A stretch of 64,000 bases of DNA from an uncultured Lachnospiraceae bacterium (GCA_964594865.1 CAZQMZ010000005.1:8521-72520), one strand, 5' to 3'; positions 47,922 to 59,425 are shown, counted from the first letter of the stretch. The notes: generated by a model from the sequence alone, not told the origin. Numbers and translations are program-made.

Positions 47922-48646
47922 CTTTTCTCCTTAACATTTTCGGTTTTTGTTTTCTTGATTTCTTCGCGAAATTTCTTTATTTCGCGGTCTTTTTTGATTT
48001 TTTGCGCATTTTTTGCATTTTTTTCGATGATTTTTCGGTTAATTTTGAGATTTTTTGCGTTTATCAAATTGTTTTCAGCATCAAGTGCATCTTTTTCCAA
48101 TTTGCGATTGTTGTTGGTTTCAAGAAGTTTTTGTTTTTGAGAATAGGAAACTTTATATTTTTTCTCCAAGTCACTCAAAACTTCATCAATATTGAAGTTT
48201 TCTTCAAAAAGATTGTCAAGAAGTTGCCCAAGAACAGGGTCAAGATTATAGAGTTCTTGATAAGAAGCTGCTTCATCAAATGTAAAACTTCGAAAATCTT
48301 TCAAAATCATTTCTGTCAAAACAATTCTCATATTGAAATATAAATGAAGCTTTTCGGCAAACTTTTTCGAAAATTTCTCATCAAAATCGCATTTTTTGAC
48401 AATTTTTTGACAATTTTTCAATGAAATTTTGAAATGCTTTTTAATTTTTTTCTTCTCTTCATTGATGAAATGTGGAAAAATGTTTTCTTCAACCATTTGC
48501 GAAAGGGTCAATTTTTCTTTGATGATCTCTTTGGTTAAAGTGAAATTTTTCGGCAACGGAGAAGATCCCGACAATCGATAAATTTTGGCAAGCCTTTGAT
48601 TTGTCAGGTTGAGATAGTTATAAATATCAAAATTCGTCATTTTCAT
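47918..48646 (-). CDS. Hypothetical Lys-rich helical protein, translationally coupled to the ABC-F
   Basis: Stop overlaps ABC-F start (ATGA overlap); TTGACT-17-TATAAT-6 nt-ATG. Confidence 0.65.
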   Translation of the reverse strand: MKMTNFDIYNYLNLTNQRLAKIYRLSGSSPLPKNFTLTKEIIKEKLTLSQMVEENIFPHFINEEKKKIKKHFKISLKNCQKIVKKCDFDEKFSKKFAEKLHLYFNMRIVLTEMILKDFRSFTFDEAASYQELYNLDPVLGQLLDNLFEENFNIDEVLSDLEKKYKVSYSQKQKLLETNNNRKLEKDALDAENNLINAKNLKINRKIIEKNAKNAQKIKKDREIKKFREEIKKTKTENVKEKR

Positions 48647-49082
48647 GTTTTTATTATAAATGATAGAGAAGAAAAAGTCAACCCAAAAGATATTTAAAGT
48701 TGAACAATCTTTATTTTTTGTAAATTTGACAAAAACAACTTTAATATTCAAAAAAAATAAGAATAAATGCTTAAAAAATAAAAAACAACAAAAAAAATAA
48801 TAGAAAAATAATAAAAAATAATAAAAAATAATAAAAAATGATAAAAAAGTGGTAAAAAAATATTTTTTGATATTTTTTAATTTTTTTCTTCACATATTTT
48901 ATCTTTTGATATTATGGAATTTTCGAGATTTTTGCGATATTTTTTATTTAATATTTTTTTAAAAAAAATAAAAAAACAAAAAAGCTGTAAATTTTGTCAA
49001 TTTGCTTGATAAAAAAAGATTAAAAATGTTACAATATTTTTGTTAAATTATTTATAATAAATATAAAGAGTTGAGGTGTTTG

Positions 49083-52000
49083 ATGAAAAGAAGAAGACAA
49101 GTGCTTAAACTTTGGGTGGCAGTCTTGTTGACATTTGTTGGCATTTTGGCAATTGCCGGTGGCACTGTGTTGGCTCTCTATTTCATGGGCAAACTTTCGG
49201 ACGAGGTGGTTGAGCCGGGAAGCAACTCGCTCAGTTTCACCGAATTGGATGAGAACGAAATGGGATACCTTGACTTTTCAATCGATGACACTTATTATTA
49301 CAACGTTGCCGGCGACTTTGAGATGACAATCAATTGTTCCACAGAAGGTGTGACGGTGACAAATGTGACTCTCAGTCTTGCGAACTCTATAAACGACTCA
49401 ACTCTTCCAGCTGGATACATAACAGACGGCATCATCACGATTCCACAACAAGTGACACTCAACGAGTCTTTCACTGTGACGGTCAACCGACTTGAAGATT
49501 ACACAGTTGTTGGTGGGGTTTCAATAATCACGGCTGTGTCTGATGGATACCTTGCAAACAGACTTACGGCAATCATCTCTGTCGACGTGCCTGCAACAAA
49601 CATTGTGGCATATGTCAGTGGTTCTTCAAACACAGAAGGAACGCAAAATGTTGTGATTGGAACAGATTTCTATCTTGAAACAGAATTCACTCCAACGGCA
49701 AGCAAATATTTGTTCTCTGACACAACAACCGAAAAGACAATTTTTTATGTTGTTCCAAACAATTTGGAAATCGACTATGAAACAGGAAAATTCACCGCAA
49801 ACACAAGTGGAACATACACAATTCAGGTGTATGCTTTTTCCAATTCTTATTATCAAAAAGTTTTTCTGGACGCGAACGGCAATTTGGACGCCGAAGAACT
49901 CAACAATGCTGCAATCACATATTTCAACTCGAATCCAGAAGTTTATGTTTCCACCACTGTCACCATTGAAGTGGGCGATGTGGAAGTGACAGATTTGCGC
50001 GTATCGACAAATTCTTTTGATGTGACTGCTGACACAAAATATGTTCTCACAGCCAACTCAACAAACGGAAATGGTTCGCTTGGTTTGAGTGTGCTTGTTG
50101 GAGTTGACAATTTCTCTTCTTTGTATGGAAGAGCGGCAATCAAAGTGACAAGTGACGACATCACCATTGTTGGCGGAAAAGTCATCAAAGTGACTGTGGA
50201 CGAAACAGGAAGTGTGCTTGAAATCACACAAGAAAACTATGACAGCACAAAAAGTTATGTTTCAACTTCAACAGAGATCTATTACATCCAACCAAACACT
50301 TCACCAAGGGAATATGCTGACTATTATTGGCAGATAACTTCCAGCGAAGAGTGCTCTGTGACAACAAGTGTCAACTATTTCTATCAAGATTCTTTTGGTC
50401 AATGGCAGATGTTTCTAGGTTTTGAAAACGAAAAAACGATCACTTTCAATGTGACAGTAAGCACAAGTGAAATAAGTCCTTCTTGGCTTGACTCAGACAT
50501 TATTTTGGAAATTGATTACACTCAAGAACAAGAGACAATCAAGGCGGATGTTGACTTGTCGACATATTTGGCTGAAGTGAGCTCTTCAAACATATACACA
50601 AGAGTGGTCTATTTCCTTTTGGATGACAGCACTTCGGACACCGGTTCCCTTGACAACAGCATCACAGAAATCTTCAACGTCAAAGCGGGAGTGACATACG
50701 GTGGTCTTTCAATTGGAAACACATACAACACATCGGGCAGTTACACTCTTTATGAAATTGAAGGCACAGTTTTGACAGCACTGAAAGCATATTCTTCAGG
50801 TTCGGTCAAAGTTGTGGCGGTGATTGTCAAGACGGATGCCGACGGCAATATTGTGTATGACGAAGACGGCAAGTATATCATAATCAACATGTCTCGTGCA
50901 AAAGTTGTGACAGTGAACAGTTTGCTTTCCATATATAATATGTCAGCAACCTTCACTCTCACAGAAGAAGAAGAATACAGAGTAGAATCAAATACGGGGA
51001 TAACATATTATCTTCCTGCGTTTAATCTCAACGAAGACGGCTCACAAAAAACAATGATCTCTTTCACTTTGGAATTGACTGTCAACACTTCCACTGATGT
51101 TGAAAACTTGATCACGGCATATAGGGACGGAAACTTGACAGTGGATTGCTATTATGACGGAGCGGTTGTTGAATACATCACTTTGGAATCTTTGACACAT
51201 CAAAGCACTGAAGGGAATGTGGCAACTTTCACAGGAGAACTGAAAATTGACGAAACTTATTGTTTGAACAATCGTTCAACTTTGCAACATGGCCTTGAAA
51301 TATATTTCCGACTTACTTACGACAACGGAACAACAGAAAGAACTTCTTTGGTGACCAACGCGAACAATGCAAATGTTTATACAATTGTTTTGTATTCTCC
51401 TGTTCCAACTGCTTTGACAGGGGCTTATGAAGAGACTGAAGAATATTTGAATTCCGTAGTTTCTGCAACCGTCACCACCAGTGGTGTGTCAATCACTTGG
51501 GGCAATAATAACATTTCTTCCATCGACGCTCTCAACCTTCTCTTGACATTCACAATGACTGACCAATATGGTTTTACAATCGATCCAAATGACGGGCTGT
51601 ATGACATTCAATTTTCTGAAAACAGTTCATCAACCAATGTTTTGGGCTTCAACTCTTCCAACAATGCAATCATCAGTTTTTCTGCTGGAACAGAAGTTTC
51701 AACACAGTTGATTGTCAGCATTGTTGACCAAAAAACAAACAGCACAGTCACGGGTGACAATTTGACAAAAACAATCAATTTTGAAGTTGACAGTGAAGGC
51801 GTTTCTTTGATTCGAATAACTCCATCAGACGAAATTCTTTCATCGGGCGGGTATGGTTTTACCGACGCTTTAAGCACATCCGCTGTGACCATTTCAAGAT
51901 ATGTCAGAAGTGGAGACACTGAAACTCTTGCAAACATACTTCAAGTTTACACCGGCACAACGAGTGGAGGTTCTCTTGTCGAAAGTCTTATGTTCCAGCT

Positions 52001-55000
52001 GAACTTGTCGCGATATTCCAGCACAAATCAAGCCCAACTTTTGAAAATGGTGACATTCTATGACTCCAACGGCGGTGTAATCACCACCTTTAATGACAAC
52101 ACTGCGATTTCTTATATGACTTTCAACGGCGTCTTCAAAGAAGCAACAAATCTATATTTCACTGTCACAAGCGCATCAAATTCAAGCCTGTTCTCCATTG
52201 AGTTGACATACACTTGCATGCCGTTGTTAACCATGACAGACAGTTTCTCGAATTATTCAGAAGCATATGCGAACTATTTGGTTAGTTCTGAAAATGCTCT
52301 TGTGGCAAGTGTGTTTGCGGATGAGTCCTATCTCCTTTCAACATATCTCCCGGTTTCATACACTTCAACCGTAACACAAACAAGCGGACTTTGGAGTTGG
52401 GTGAGTTCGGGAAATATCAGCATAACCAGCAGCTCTGACGACACAAGCAATTCGATTTTCAATTCCGAAACAAACATTTTGACACTTTCAATTTCTGGCA
52501 CTAATCTCTATCTCAACATTGATGCGGTTTATCAGTTCACGACCGCAAGCTTTACGCTTTATTTTGGTGTGAGATCAAGTTATGCGTTGAGCATAACTGT
52601 CACTCTATACATTAATCCAAACATCATCATTGAAGAAAAAGTTTCTTCTTTGAGTTCAAGTGCTTTTGTGAACTTGCAGAATTTTGGAAGTGTGACCGAC
52701 AACTTCAATTTCTATAAAGCGACATCCTATATTGCCGGAACTTTGACACCAATCAGCGATTTCTATTCTGGCACAAATTTGTCGTCAAGTTTGACTTTCA
52801 CCAACACAAGCAATGATATATATTTGAGCATAAGCAACGGAGCATATTCTCTTGCAACAAACGGCAACCTGGAATTGACTTTGACACAGCAATTAGAGCA
52901 AACTTTCCAAATTATATATAATGACACCACAATCGACGCCATTCGCGTGAAGGCGGTCTATGATGATAACGGACAAGTCACAGATCAGCAATTTATTTTG
53001 TGCACTGCATCAGAGCACGCCGAAATTTCCGTTCTGATTGGATATGGCGAAAATGAACAAAGTGTGATCGAAGCCATTTTCGCAGACGGAGAAGACCTTC
53101 AAATTGTCACATACAACGGAGAAAAATATCTTCTCTTGACGAATGGTCAAACATACACCTTGATCAATGGTTTTACAATCTATTCACGCAGTGGAGATTT
53201 GTATGATGCAAGTGGCGGCGGAATACTCACCAGCACAGGCAGTTTCATAAGTTTCGACAACAGTGTCACAATCAGCAATTCAGATGAAACAATCAAAATC
53301 ACAATCCCAATTATTGTCAGCATGCTTGGCGATAAAATTTTCGAATATGGCGAAGGATTCAACACTTTCACAAATGAAGACGGCGAAGTTGACTTCTCGG
53401 TGCTTTTGGGAAATCAAACATCTTTGACAGACAATGGAGTTTATGCCACAATTTCTGCGGGCACAACAACCACAATTCTTCACAATTTGAGTAAAAATGC
53501 CGACACTTCCGGAATTGGAATTTATTATCTAAATGACAACATGGGCGTTTCTTGGTCATTCAGTGCTTCCATTGTCAGCGCAACCGGCGTTTTGAACGAC
53601 GCAACAGTTTCACTTCTCAACATGGTGAGTCTTGATTCAAGTTTGAATGATGACGGAGAGATTGAAATCACACTCAATCACCTTTCAAACAACTATACCG
53701 ACGTCTATGTTGTTGTGATGTTCACCTTCACGCGAAACATTTCTTCGGACTCTTTGTCGATCTATCTGCGTTTGAAAGTTGAAACAAGTTTTGAGGCAGG
53801 TTCTGTGACATATCCATATGCTGATTCTGCTGAATATCTCGACGAAAAATCGGTGTATTATAGTGACGGCACATACACAATCGATCTTGAAGAAACACTT
53901 GACAGTTCAAACAGCAAATTCACAGAAGAAACCAAACGATTTGGCGATGTTTCAATTGAAGATGAGAAAATCACAAGTGTATATCAAATCACATCAATAA
54001 TTGTTGGCGGCACATCCGTTTCAACTGGAAATTATTCGACATATTTCGACTATACAATAGCCGACACAATCTTGACAATCACACCAAAAACATTCAGCAC
54101 AATTCAAATTGTTGTGCAGAACTCTTTCTATTATGACGGCGCGCTTATGATTGGCAGTGAACTTTCATACACATTCATCTTCAATCAAAGTGTTTCATAC
54201 AACCACTCAATCACGCAAGTCACAACAATAACGGAAAACGAAGAAAGCAAGAAAGTCGAAACACCTTTAAGTTCGACAAATGACATCTATGACATAACTT
54301 TGCAAGCGGGAAGCAATGAAACTGAATATGTCATTCAAATCATCTTGAACAGCGCAACAGTTGACTCTTTTGGTGTGAATATGACGGGAGATTATGAAGA
54401 TGCTCTTCAACAAAACAACGGAACGTATTACACTCTCACAGACAACGAAGTTTCAGGTGCAAACGCTGGCACAAAAACACTGACAATCACACCAAAAACT
54501 AGTGTGGACAAAGATTATGTTGTCACAATCATCATATACACCGATCGCGTTGTTTGCGTTCTCAACATCACTGTGACGGGAATTTATTCATACGAACTGA
54601 ATAACATTGAACTTTCGGGCGGAAACACTTACAATTTGATTAACGAAAACAACGGTATTTTCAAAACATTGGAGGGAGAAAGTTTTACAATTGCTTTGAG
54701 CGATCAATATGATGAAGAAACAAAAGCTTCTCTTGAAAAACTTTACATTTATAATTCAACCACAATTGAATTTGCACACTTGACAGAAGACACAACTTTC
54801 ATTTTTGATGTTACAATTAATGAAGGCAGGGACGATAAATACACCTTCACAATTGAACTTGTGGTCAAAGAAAGTTTAGATGACAGACAGAGAACTTATC
54901 AAGATAATAGCACAAGTTATTATTCTGGAGCGACAATAAATGTCGACATGAGCACTTTGTTGACAGCAATCGATCTTTCAAGTGATGACGTATATTCCAA

Positions 55001-58000
55001 CGGAACAGGCAACGGAACAGGATTTGCTTTTGACACAGGTGGATCGACAAGCGCATCATTCACGGCACAATCGGTTGGCTTGTCGACAGTTTGCTATACA
55101 ACTCTGACAATTTATTATGTGTTTAACGGAGAAGCGCTTTATCAAATCACTTTAAACTATTATTACACTGCTCTTCCAAATGTTTCTCTCTCAGTCAACT
55201 ATCCACAACCGGACGGAGAAAACAATGCAACATACACAATTGTCACCACATCCACAACAATGGATGCAGAATATTTGCAAGCAACAACAGAAGGTTCTGT
55301 CACAGTGAGCGACTTCTTCACCAGCACGGCGGACCTTGCAAAGGGAACTCGTGTTGCGGTTGGAACTCTTGTAGAAAACATAACGCCAACTTGGATCGTA
55401 AGCATAGAAACAATTTCCAATTTGACAGTCAACAATCAGACAAGTGGAACAATTGAAAACCCTAACAGCGATCTTACGTTCACCTTGACAAATGGCGCAA
55501 CAACAGGATATGTCACATTCACGATCACAGTCAACCTTGTTTCAGTGAGCTACACCGTTGTTGTGACCAGTGCGTCGATTTATTCCTTTGCAAACTACAT
55601 TCCAGAGATCGACAACACAGGAGAGGTGATCTATGCAGAAGATATGGCAGAATTGTTGGATGACAACGACGATGACAGTTCTGTTCTCAACATCTTCCAA
55701 CAAGAAAGAATTTTGAACTACACTCTCCGCACTTCCGGAACATATTATTTGAAATATGTTAAGTCTGAGACTGATTTCAAAATCATCACCATTTCGGGCA
55801 CTGCTGGAGAAAATGTCAACAAAGATTTGGGCTTCTCACTTTCGGGATACACCTATGACGGAACATATCGATATTCGAGTGGCAGTGATGTTTCGACAAA
55901 ATTGGATGACTCGGAAATTTATTCTTCTGCACCAATTCTTGTGGCGCGCGTTGTGGTGAGATATGCCGACGGCTCAATCATCGTTCTGTCAAAACACAGT
56001 GGCTTGTCGATTACGTATGATTCCGAAAGTCAAGACAATTATTCTCTTGTCACAACCACAGACACTTTGCAAACAGTTAATTTAAGTTTTGGAACATCGA
56101 CGGACACAATATTGACGGGCACATATTCCTATACTCTCAAACTTGACTTTGCTGTTTCTGGCAATGCTGACAGCGCGACAAACTATACCACATACAACAT
56201 CAACGCCGGCACTTCAATTTCGCTTTTAAGTGACACACAATCAACGTTTGGCATTCAATCGTCAAAAACGGGAGAATATTATTCCTCAAGCGACATTTCA
56301 AACAACAATGCCACGTTGACTTTGCAAGTGTATGGTTTCGCAACTTTGCCAATTGACACAGCTGCCACAATCAACAACATCCAAGACAGCGCATCACTTG
56401 ATAAAGTGGCGGGCGCAATTCACAACTATTTAGTTTCGACAACATACAGTAAGACTGACAATTCTGGCAACACGCAGTATTATAAATATTACACCGGTTT
56501 GACTCCAAGAGCGGGCGGAACAATCAACAGTATAAGCGGTGGAATAAATGAATATGACTATATTGTCATTGAAAACAACGGAAACGATTGGACGATAAGG
56601 GCTCAGGGCGCAAACAATGACGGAAACTATGTGATGATATTGTTGACATACAGTGTTGAATTGGGAAATGAAACAATCACATCGTCGCACAACCTTCTGT
56701 TCTTTGTTCAACCAAATTCCACGGTTTCATATTCGTCTTCGCCAACAAATTCAGCAGCAAATGTTTCTGGAGATTCAACAAAGACCAATGGTGAACAAAC
56801 CTATGTTTCCAACGAACTCACTCCTTATGAAATCAATGAAAGCGATTTGGGAAATGACGGCACTTTGACAATTGATCTCTATGATGTGATTTTTGCTTAT
56901 ATGCGTGGCAGTTCTTCCAACCAAATCAGCACCTTTGACAGTTGGACAATTTCATTGAACGAAACAATTGACGGCGCAACTTACAACAATGAGTCGTATA
57001 TCAATTCAAGCAGCACCAATGTCTTGACACTGGGCAGCAGCAGTTGGGAAAAATCAAATGATAGTGATTATTATTCAGCTTCTATAACTTCCAGCACCGA
57101 TTCATTGGAACTGACATTAAGTTCTTCCAACTTGGGCGAAAAGTTGTTCTATGTTGAGTTTGAGGATCCATTTGGATTTATCGGACGGTTCTATTTCAAA
57201 GTTGTTTCTTCAGACAATCCAGAGATTTACAGTTTGACATCCACAACTTTGACAGAAGGAAGTTATCTCGCTTTCGCATCTCAATACACCACCATGACAA
57301 CAGCAAACATAAGTGGTTATGACACATACTATTCGTTCAATTATTCATACAGCGGCAGCAACAACGACGAGATAGAAATAGCCCTAGACACGAATACAGT
57401 TTCCATCAATTATAGAATTCAATTGACATTGCAAAATGCAATGACTGTTAGTTCAGTCGAAATTCCAGCCAATACAGTTTTGGAAAGAACTGGCACCGCC
57501 GCAAACATCAGCACGGCAACGATTGAAATTAATGGAGAAAATACCGAGTGGACATATTATGACAGCAATAATGCGGCTCAAACGGTGACATTGACTGACG
57601 CTCAATTGATGAGCGCTGGAGCGACAGTGCAATTCTCAATGACTATCTATGACAACATCACTCAACAAGGATCAACATCATTGAGTTCAACTGTGCTATA
57701 CACATTGACATATGCGGATGAAGAGCAGGCAATTGCATATGAAATAGGCAATAGGGTTTCAAATCCTGGAATAACCAACAATATTGAGGATGGCATCAAT
57801 GACAATCCTGAACTCACAACTGTCATTTTCAGCGGATTGACAGCATATGCGTTTGACACCAATTCGGCAATTGATAAAACTTCTTTGGAAGAACAAAGTC
57901 TTTATTCAAACATTGGCAATTTGAAAGTAACAAAAGTGACATTCACATATGACAATGGCGAGATTTCTGACACACAAGAAGTTAAACTAAGCGGATTAAG

Positions 58001-59351
58001 TTTCTTGACAGCAGAAGGTTTGTCCTTCATTGATGAATATGGCGCCGAAACCGAAGGTTCCGGACTTGCAAATTCTGGAAATACACTTGTTGTTCCAACA
58101 TTCAAAGGAATTGACTTTGGCACAGGCAATCTTTTAACCGGAGTGATTATGACCGTGACAATTCAAGACACAAGCACCGGAGAAACTTGCGAAGTGACAA
58201 GAACGGTCAACATTCAACGTGCTGTTTCAACATCCGACATCTTCACATCGACGGCAGTTTTGGACGGAGAGTCGGTTTCTGGAAATGTTTCAGGCAGTCT
58301 CTCTGGGTCACTTCTCAATGACACACTTGAAATCGACCTTGAAGCAGGCGAAAGCATGACTTTGGTTGTGCATAACGAACAATTGGAATATGTTAACGGC
58401 AACTATTATTTCTCAACTTCGGACGAAGCAATTTCCACAGGAAAGACATATTACACAATTTCAGACGGAGTTGCAACGGCTGTCACAACTCCACAACAAA
58501 GTTTAATGTCGTCATATTATGAATTGTTCACACCAAACTATGTGACAATTTCCAACCAAGGAAGTTATGCAGTCACCGAATATGTTGGAATTTCGGCAAG
58601 CATGGCAAGCGGTGTGTTGACAGAGAACTTGGAAGAAGATTCAGAATTCTATGTTTATGTATACTCATACACCACCGCTTCCAATGACAAGGGTGTTTCT
58701 GACGCTGTGATTTACTATAATGGCACACAATTGACAGTTTCCAGCGATGGGGAAGTGACACTTACTTCCAACGATGAAGAAGTGACACTTACAATTGCAG
58801 AACTCGACAATGATGCACTCACACTCAACATTGAGAACACATCGGCTCTTACAAACAATCAAATGACCAAGAGACTATACTTCTTGTATACATCCAGCAC
58901 ATCCGGCGAAACATATCAAATTCAACAAGAATTCACAGTGTATCCATACTACACAAGCGCAGAAGCGGAAAATGCAGCTGCACTCTCTGGCGCGATTTAT
59001 GTGGATGTGTCCGGAAAGCAACCTGATGATGACGGTTATTACACTCTTGAGTTATCAGATTGGGCAAGCGAAATCGCTCTAACAAAAGGCAATGAAAGCA
59101 CATCAAGTGGTGACTATTTGACAAGCGGAAATGTAGAGAAGTTCTATTTTGAAATTGCAAGTGGAAATGCAACAATTGATGAAGACACAGGTGTGATTAA
59201 AACCAACATGACAGAAATCCAATATATCACCGTCAATGTTTACATCAAAGTTTCCGGAATAGCCGACGATTGGGATTCTGACAACGGAACAATTCTTATC
59301 GGCACATTTGAAATTCGTTTGGATTATGATGGATCATCTTCTTCAGCATAA
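49083..59351 (+). CDS. Giant (~3,420 aa) Ser/Thr/Asn/Tyr-rich beta-strand surface protein with N-terminal membrane anchor
   Basis: Single uninterrupted ORF; MKRRRQVLKLWVAVLLTFVGILAIAGGTVLALYF; GAGGTG RBS; Ig-like alternating beta patterns; no LPxTG/SLH seen. Confidence 0.9.
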   Translation: MKRRRQVLKLWVAVLLTFVGILAIAGGTVLALYFMGKLSDEVVEPGSNSLSFTELDENEMGYLDFSIDDTYYYNVAGDFEMTINCSTEGVTVTNVTLSLANSINDSTLPAGYITDGIITIPQQVTLNESFTVTVNRLEDYTVVGGVSIITAVSDGYLANRLTAIISVDVPATNIVAYVSGSSNTEGTQNVVIGTDFYLETEFTPTASKYLFSDTTTEKTIFYVVPNNLEIDYETGKFTANTSGTYTIQVYAFSNSYYQKVFLDANGNLDAEELNNAAITYFNSNPEVYVSTTVTIEVGDVEVTDLRVSTNSFDVTADTKYVLTANSTNGNGSLGLSVLVGVDNFSSLYGRAAIKVTSDDITIVGGKVIKVTVDETGSVLEITQENYDSTKSYVSTSTEIYYIQPNTSPREYADYYWQITSSEECSVTTSVNYFYQDSFGQWQMFLGFENEKTITFNVTVSTSEISPSWLDSDIILEIDYTQEQETIKADVDLSTYLAEVSSSNIYTRVVYFLLDDSTSDTGSLDNSITEIFNVKAGVTYGGLSIGNTYNTSGSYTLYEIEGTVLTALKAYSSGSVKVVAVIVKTDADGNIVYDEDGKYIIINMSRAKVVTVNSLLSIYNMSATFTLTEEEEYRVESNTGITYYLPAFNLNEDGSQKTMISFTLELTVNTSTDVENLITAYRDGNLTVDCYYDGAVVEYITLESLTHQSTEGNVATFTGELKIDETYCLNNRSTLQHGLEIYFRLTYDNGTTERTSLVTNANNANVYTIVLYSPVPTALTGAYEETEEYLNSVVSATVTTSGVSITWGNNNISSIDALNLLLTFTMTDQYGFTIDPNDGLYDIQFSENSSSTNVLGFNSSNNAIISFSAGTEVSTQLIVSIVDQKTNSTVTGDNLTKTINFEVDSEGVSLIRITPSDEILSSGGYGFTDALSTSAVTISRYVRSGDTETLANILQVYTGTTSGGSLVESLMFQLNLSRYSSTNQAQLLKMVTFYDSNGGVITTFNDNTAISYMTFNGVFKEATNLYFTVTSASNSSLFSIELTYTCMPLLTMTDSFSNYSEAYANYLVSSENALVASVFADESYLLSTYLPVSYTSTVTQTSGLWSWVSSGNISITSSSDDTSNSIFNSETNILTLSISGTNLYLNIDAVYQFTTASFTLYFGVRSSYALSITVTLYINPNIIIEEKVSSLSSSAFVNLQNFGSVTDNFNFYKATSYIAGTLTPISDFYSGTNLSSSLTFTNTSNDIYLSISNGAYSLATNGNLELTLTQQLEQTFQIIYNDTTIDAIRVKAVYDDNGQVTDQQFILCTASEHAEISVLIGYGENEQSVIEAIFADGEDLQIVTYNGEKYLLLTNGQTYTLINGFTIYSRSGDLYDASGGGILTSTGSFISFDNSVTISNSDETIKITIPIIVSMLGDKIFEYGEGFNTFTNEDGEVDFSVLLGNQTSLTDNGVYATISAGTTTTILHNLSKNADTSGIGIYYLNDNMGVSWSFSASIVSATGVLNDATVSLLNMVSLDSSLNDDGEIEITLNHLSNNYTDVYVVVMFTFTRNISSDSLSIYLRLKVETSFEAGSVTYPYADSAEYLDEKSVYYSDGTYTIDLEETLDSSNSKFTEETKRFGDVSIEDEKITSVYQITSIIVGGTSVSTGNYSTYFDYTIADTILTITPKTFSTIQIVVQNSFYYDGALMIGSELSYTFIFNQSVSYNHSITQVTTITENEESKKVETPLSSTNDIYDITLQAGSNETEYVIQIILNSATVDSFGVNMTGDYEDALQQNNGTYYTLTDNEVSGANAGTKTLTITPKTSVDKDYVVTIIIYTDRVVCVLNITVTGIYSYELNNIELSGGNTYNLINENNGIFKTLEGESFTIALSDQYDEETKASLEKLYIYNSTTIEFAHLTEDTTFIFDVTINEGRDDKYTFTIELVVKESLDDRQRTYQDNSTSYYSGATINVDMSTLLTAIDLSSDDVYSNGTGNGTGFAFDTGGSTSASFTAQSVGLSTVCYTTLTIYYVFNGEALYQITLNYYYTALPNVSLSVNYPQPDGENNATYTIVTTSTTMDAEYLQATTEGSVTVSDFFTSTADLAKGTRVAVGTLVENITPTWIVSIETISNLTVNNQTSGTIENPNSDLTFTLTNGATTGYVTFTITVNLVSVSYTVVVTSASIYSFANYIPEIDNTGEVIYAEDMAELLDDNDDDSSVLNIFQQERILNYTLRTSGTYYLKYVKSETDFKIITISGTAGENVNKDLGFSLSGYTYDGTYRYSSGSDVSTKLDDSEIYSSAPILVARVVVRYADGSIIVLSKHSGLSITYDSESQDNYSLVTTTDTLQTVNLSFGTSTDTILTGTYSYTLKLDFAVSGNADSATNYTTYNINAGTSISLLSDTQSTFGIQSSKTGEYYSSSDISNNNATLTLQVYGFATLPIDTAATINNIQDSASLDKVAGAIHNYLVSTTYSKTDNSGNTQYYKYYTGLTPRAGGTINSISGGINEYDYIVIENNGNDWTIRAQGANNDGNYVMILLTYSVELGNETITSSHNLLFFVQPNSTVSYSSSPTNSAANVSGDSTKTNGEQTYVSNELTPYEINESDLGNDGTLTIDLYDVIFAYMRGSSSNQISTFDSWTISLNETIDGATYNNESYINSSSTNVLTLGSSSWEKSNDSDYYSASITSSTDSLELTLSSSNLGEKLFYVEFEDPFGFIGRFYFKVVSSDNPEIYSLTSTTLTEGSYLAFASQYTTMTTANISGYDTYYSFNYSYSGSNNDEIEIALDTNTVSINYRIQLTLQNAMTVSSVEIPANTVLERTGTAANISTATIEINGENTEWTYYDSNNAAQTVTLTDAQLMSAGATVQFSMTIYDNITQQGSTSLSSTVLYTLTYADEEQAIAYEIGNRVSNPGITNNIEDGINDNPELTTVIFSGLTAYAFDTNSAIDKTSLEEQSLYSNIGNLKVTKVTFTYDNGEISDTQEVKLSGLSFLTAEGLSFIDEYGAETEGSGLANSGNTLVVPTFKGIDFGTGNLLTGVIMTVTIQDTSTGETCEVTRTVNIQRAVSTSDIFTSTAVLDGESVSGNVSGSLSGSLLNDTLEIDLEAGESMTLVVHNEQLEYVNGNYYFSTSDEAISTGKTYYTISDGVATAVTTPQQSLMSSYYELFTPNYVTISNQGSYAVTEYVGISASMASGVLTENLEEDSEFYVYVYSYTTASNDKGVSDAVIYYNGTQLTVSSDGEVTLTSNDEEVTLTIAELDNDALTLNIENTSALTNNQMTKRLYFLYTSSTSGETYQIQQEFTVYPYYTSAEAENAAALSGAIYVDVSGKQPDDDGYYTLELSDWASEIALTKGNESTSSGDYLTSGNVEKFYFEIASGNATIDEDTGVIKTNMTEIQYITVNVYIKVSGIADDWDSDNGTILIGTFEIRLDYDGSSSSA

Positions 59352-59380
59352 ACCTTTCGAAAAAGAAAGTTAACCAAATT

Positions 59381-59425
59381 CTCCACACCATTGACTGCGA
59401 ATTGCGGTCAGTGGTGAGATTGGAG
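59381..59425 (+). other. GC-rich stem-loop between giant gene and cls, no U-tract
   Basis: CACCATTGACTGC-GAATT-GCGGTCAGTGGTG: 13 bp with two G-U pairs; outer CTCCA/TGGAG. Confidence 0.65.

Noticed and set aside
49083-59351. Diversity-generating retroelement target or tandem-repeat array in the giant gene
   Set aside because: No template/variable repeat pair, reverse transcriptase or exact nucleotide repeats noticed by eye; a self dot-plot would be decisive.
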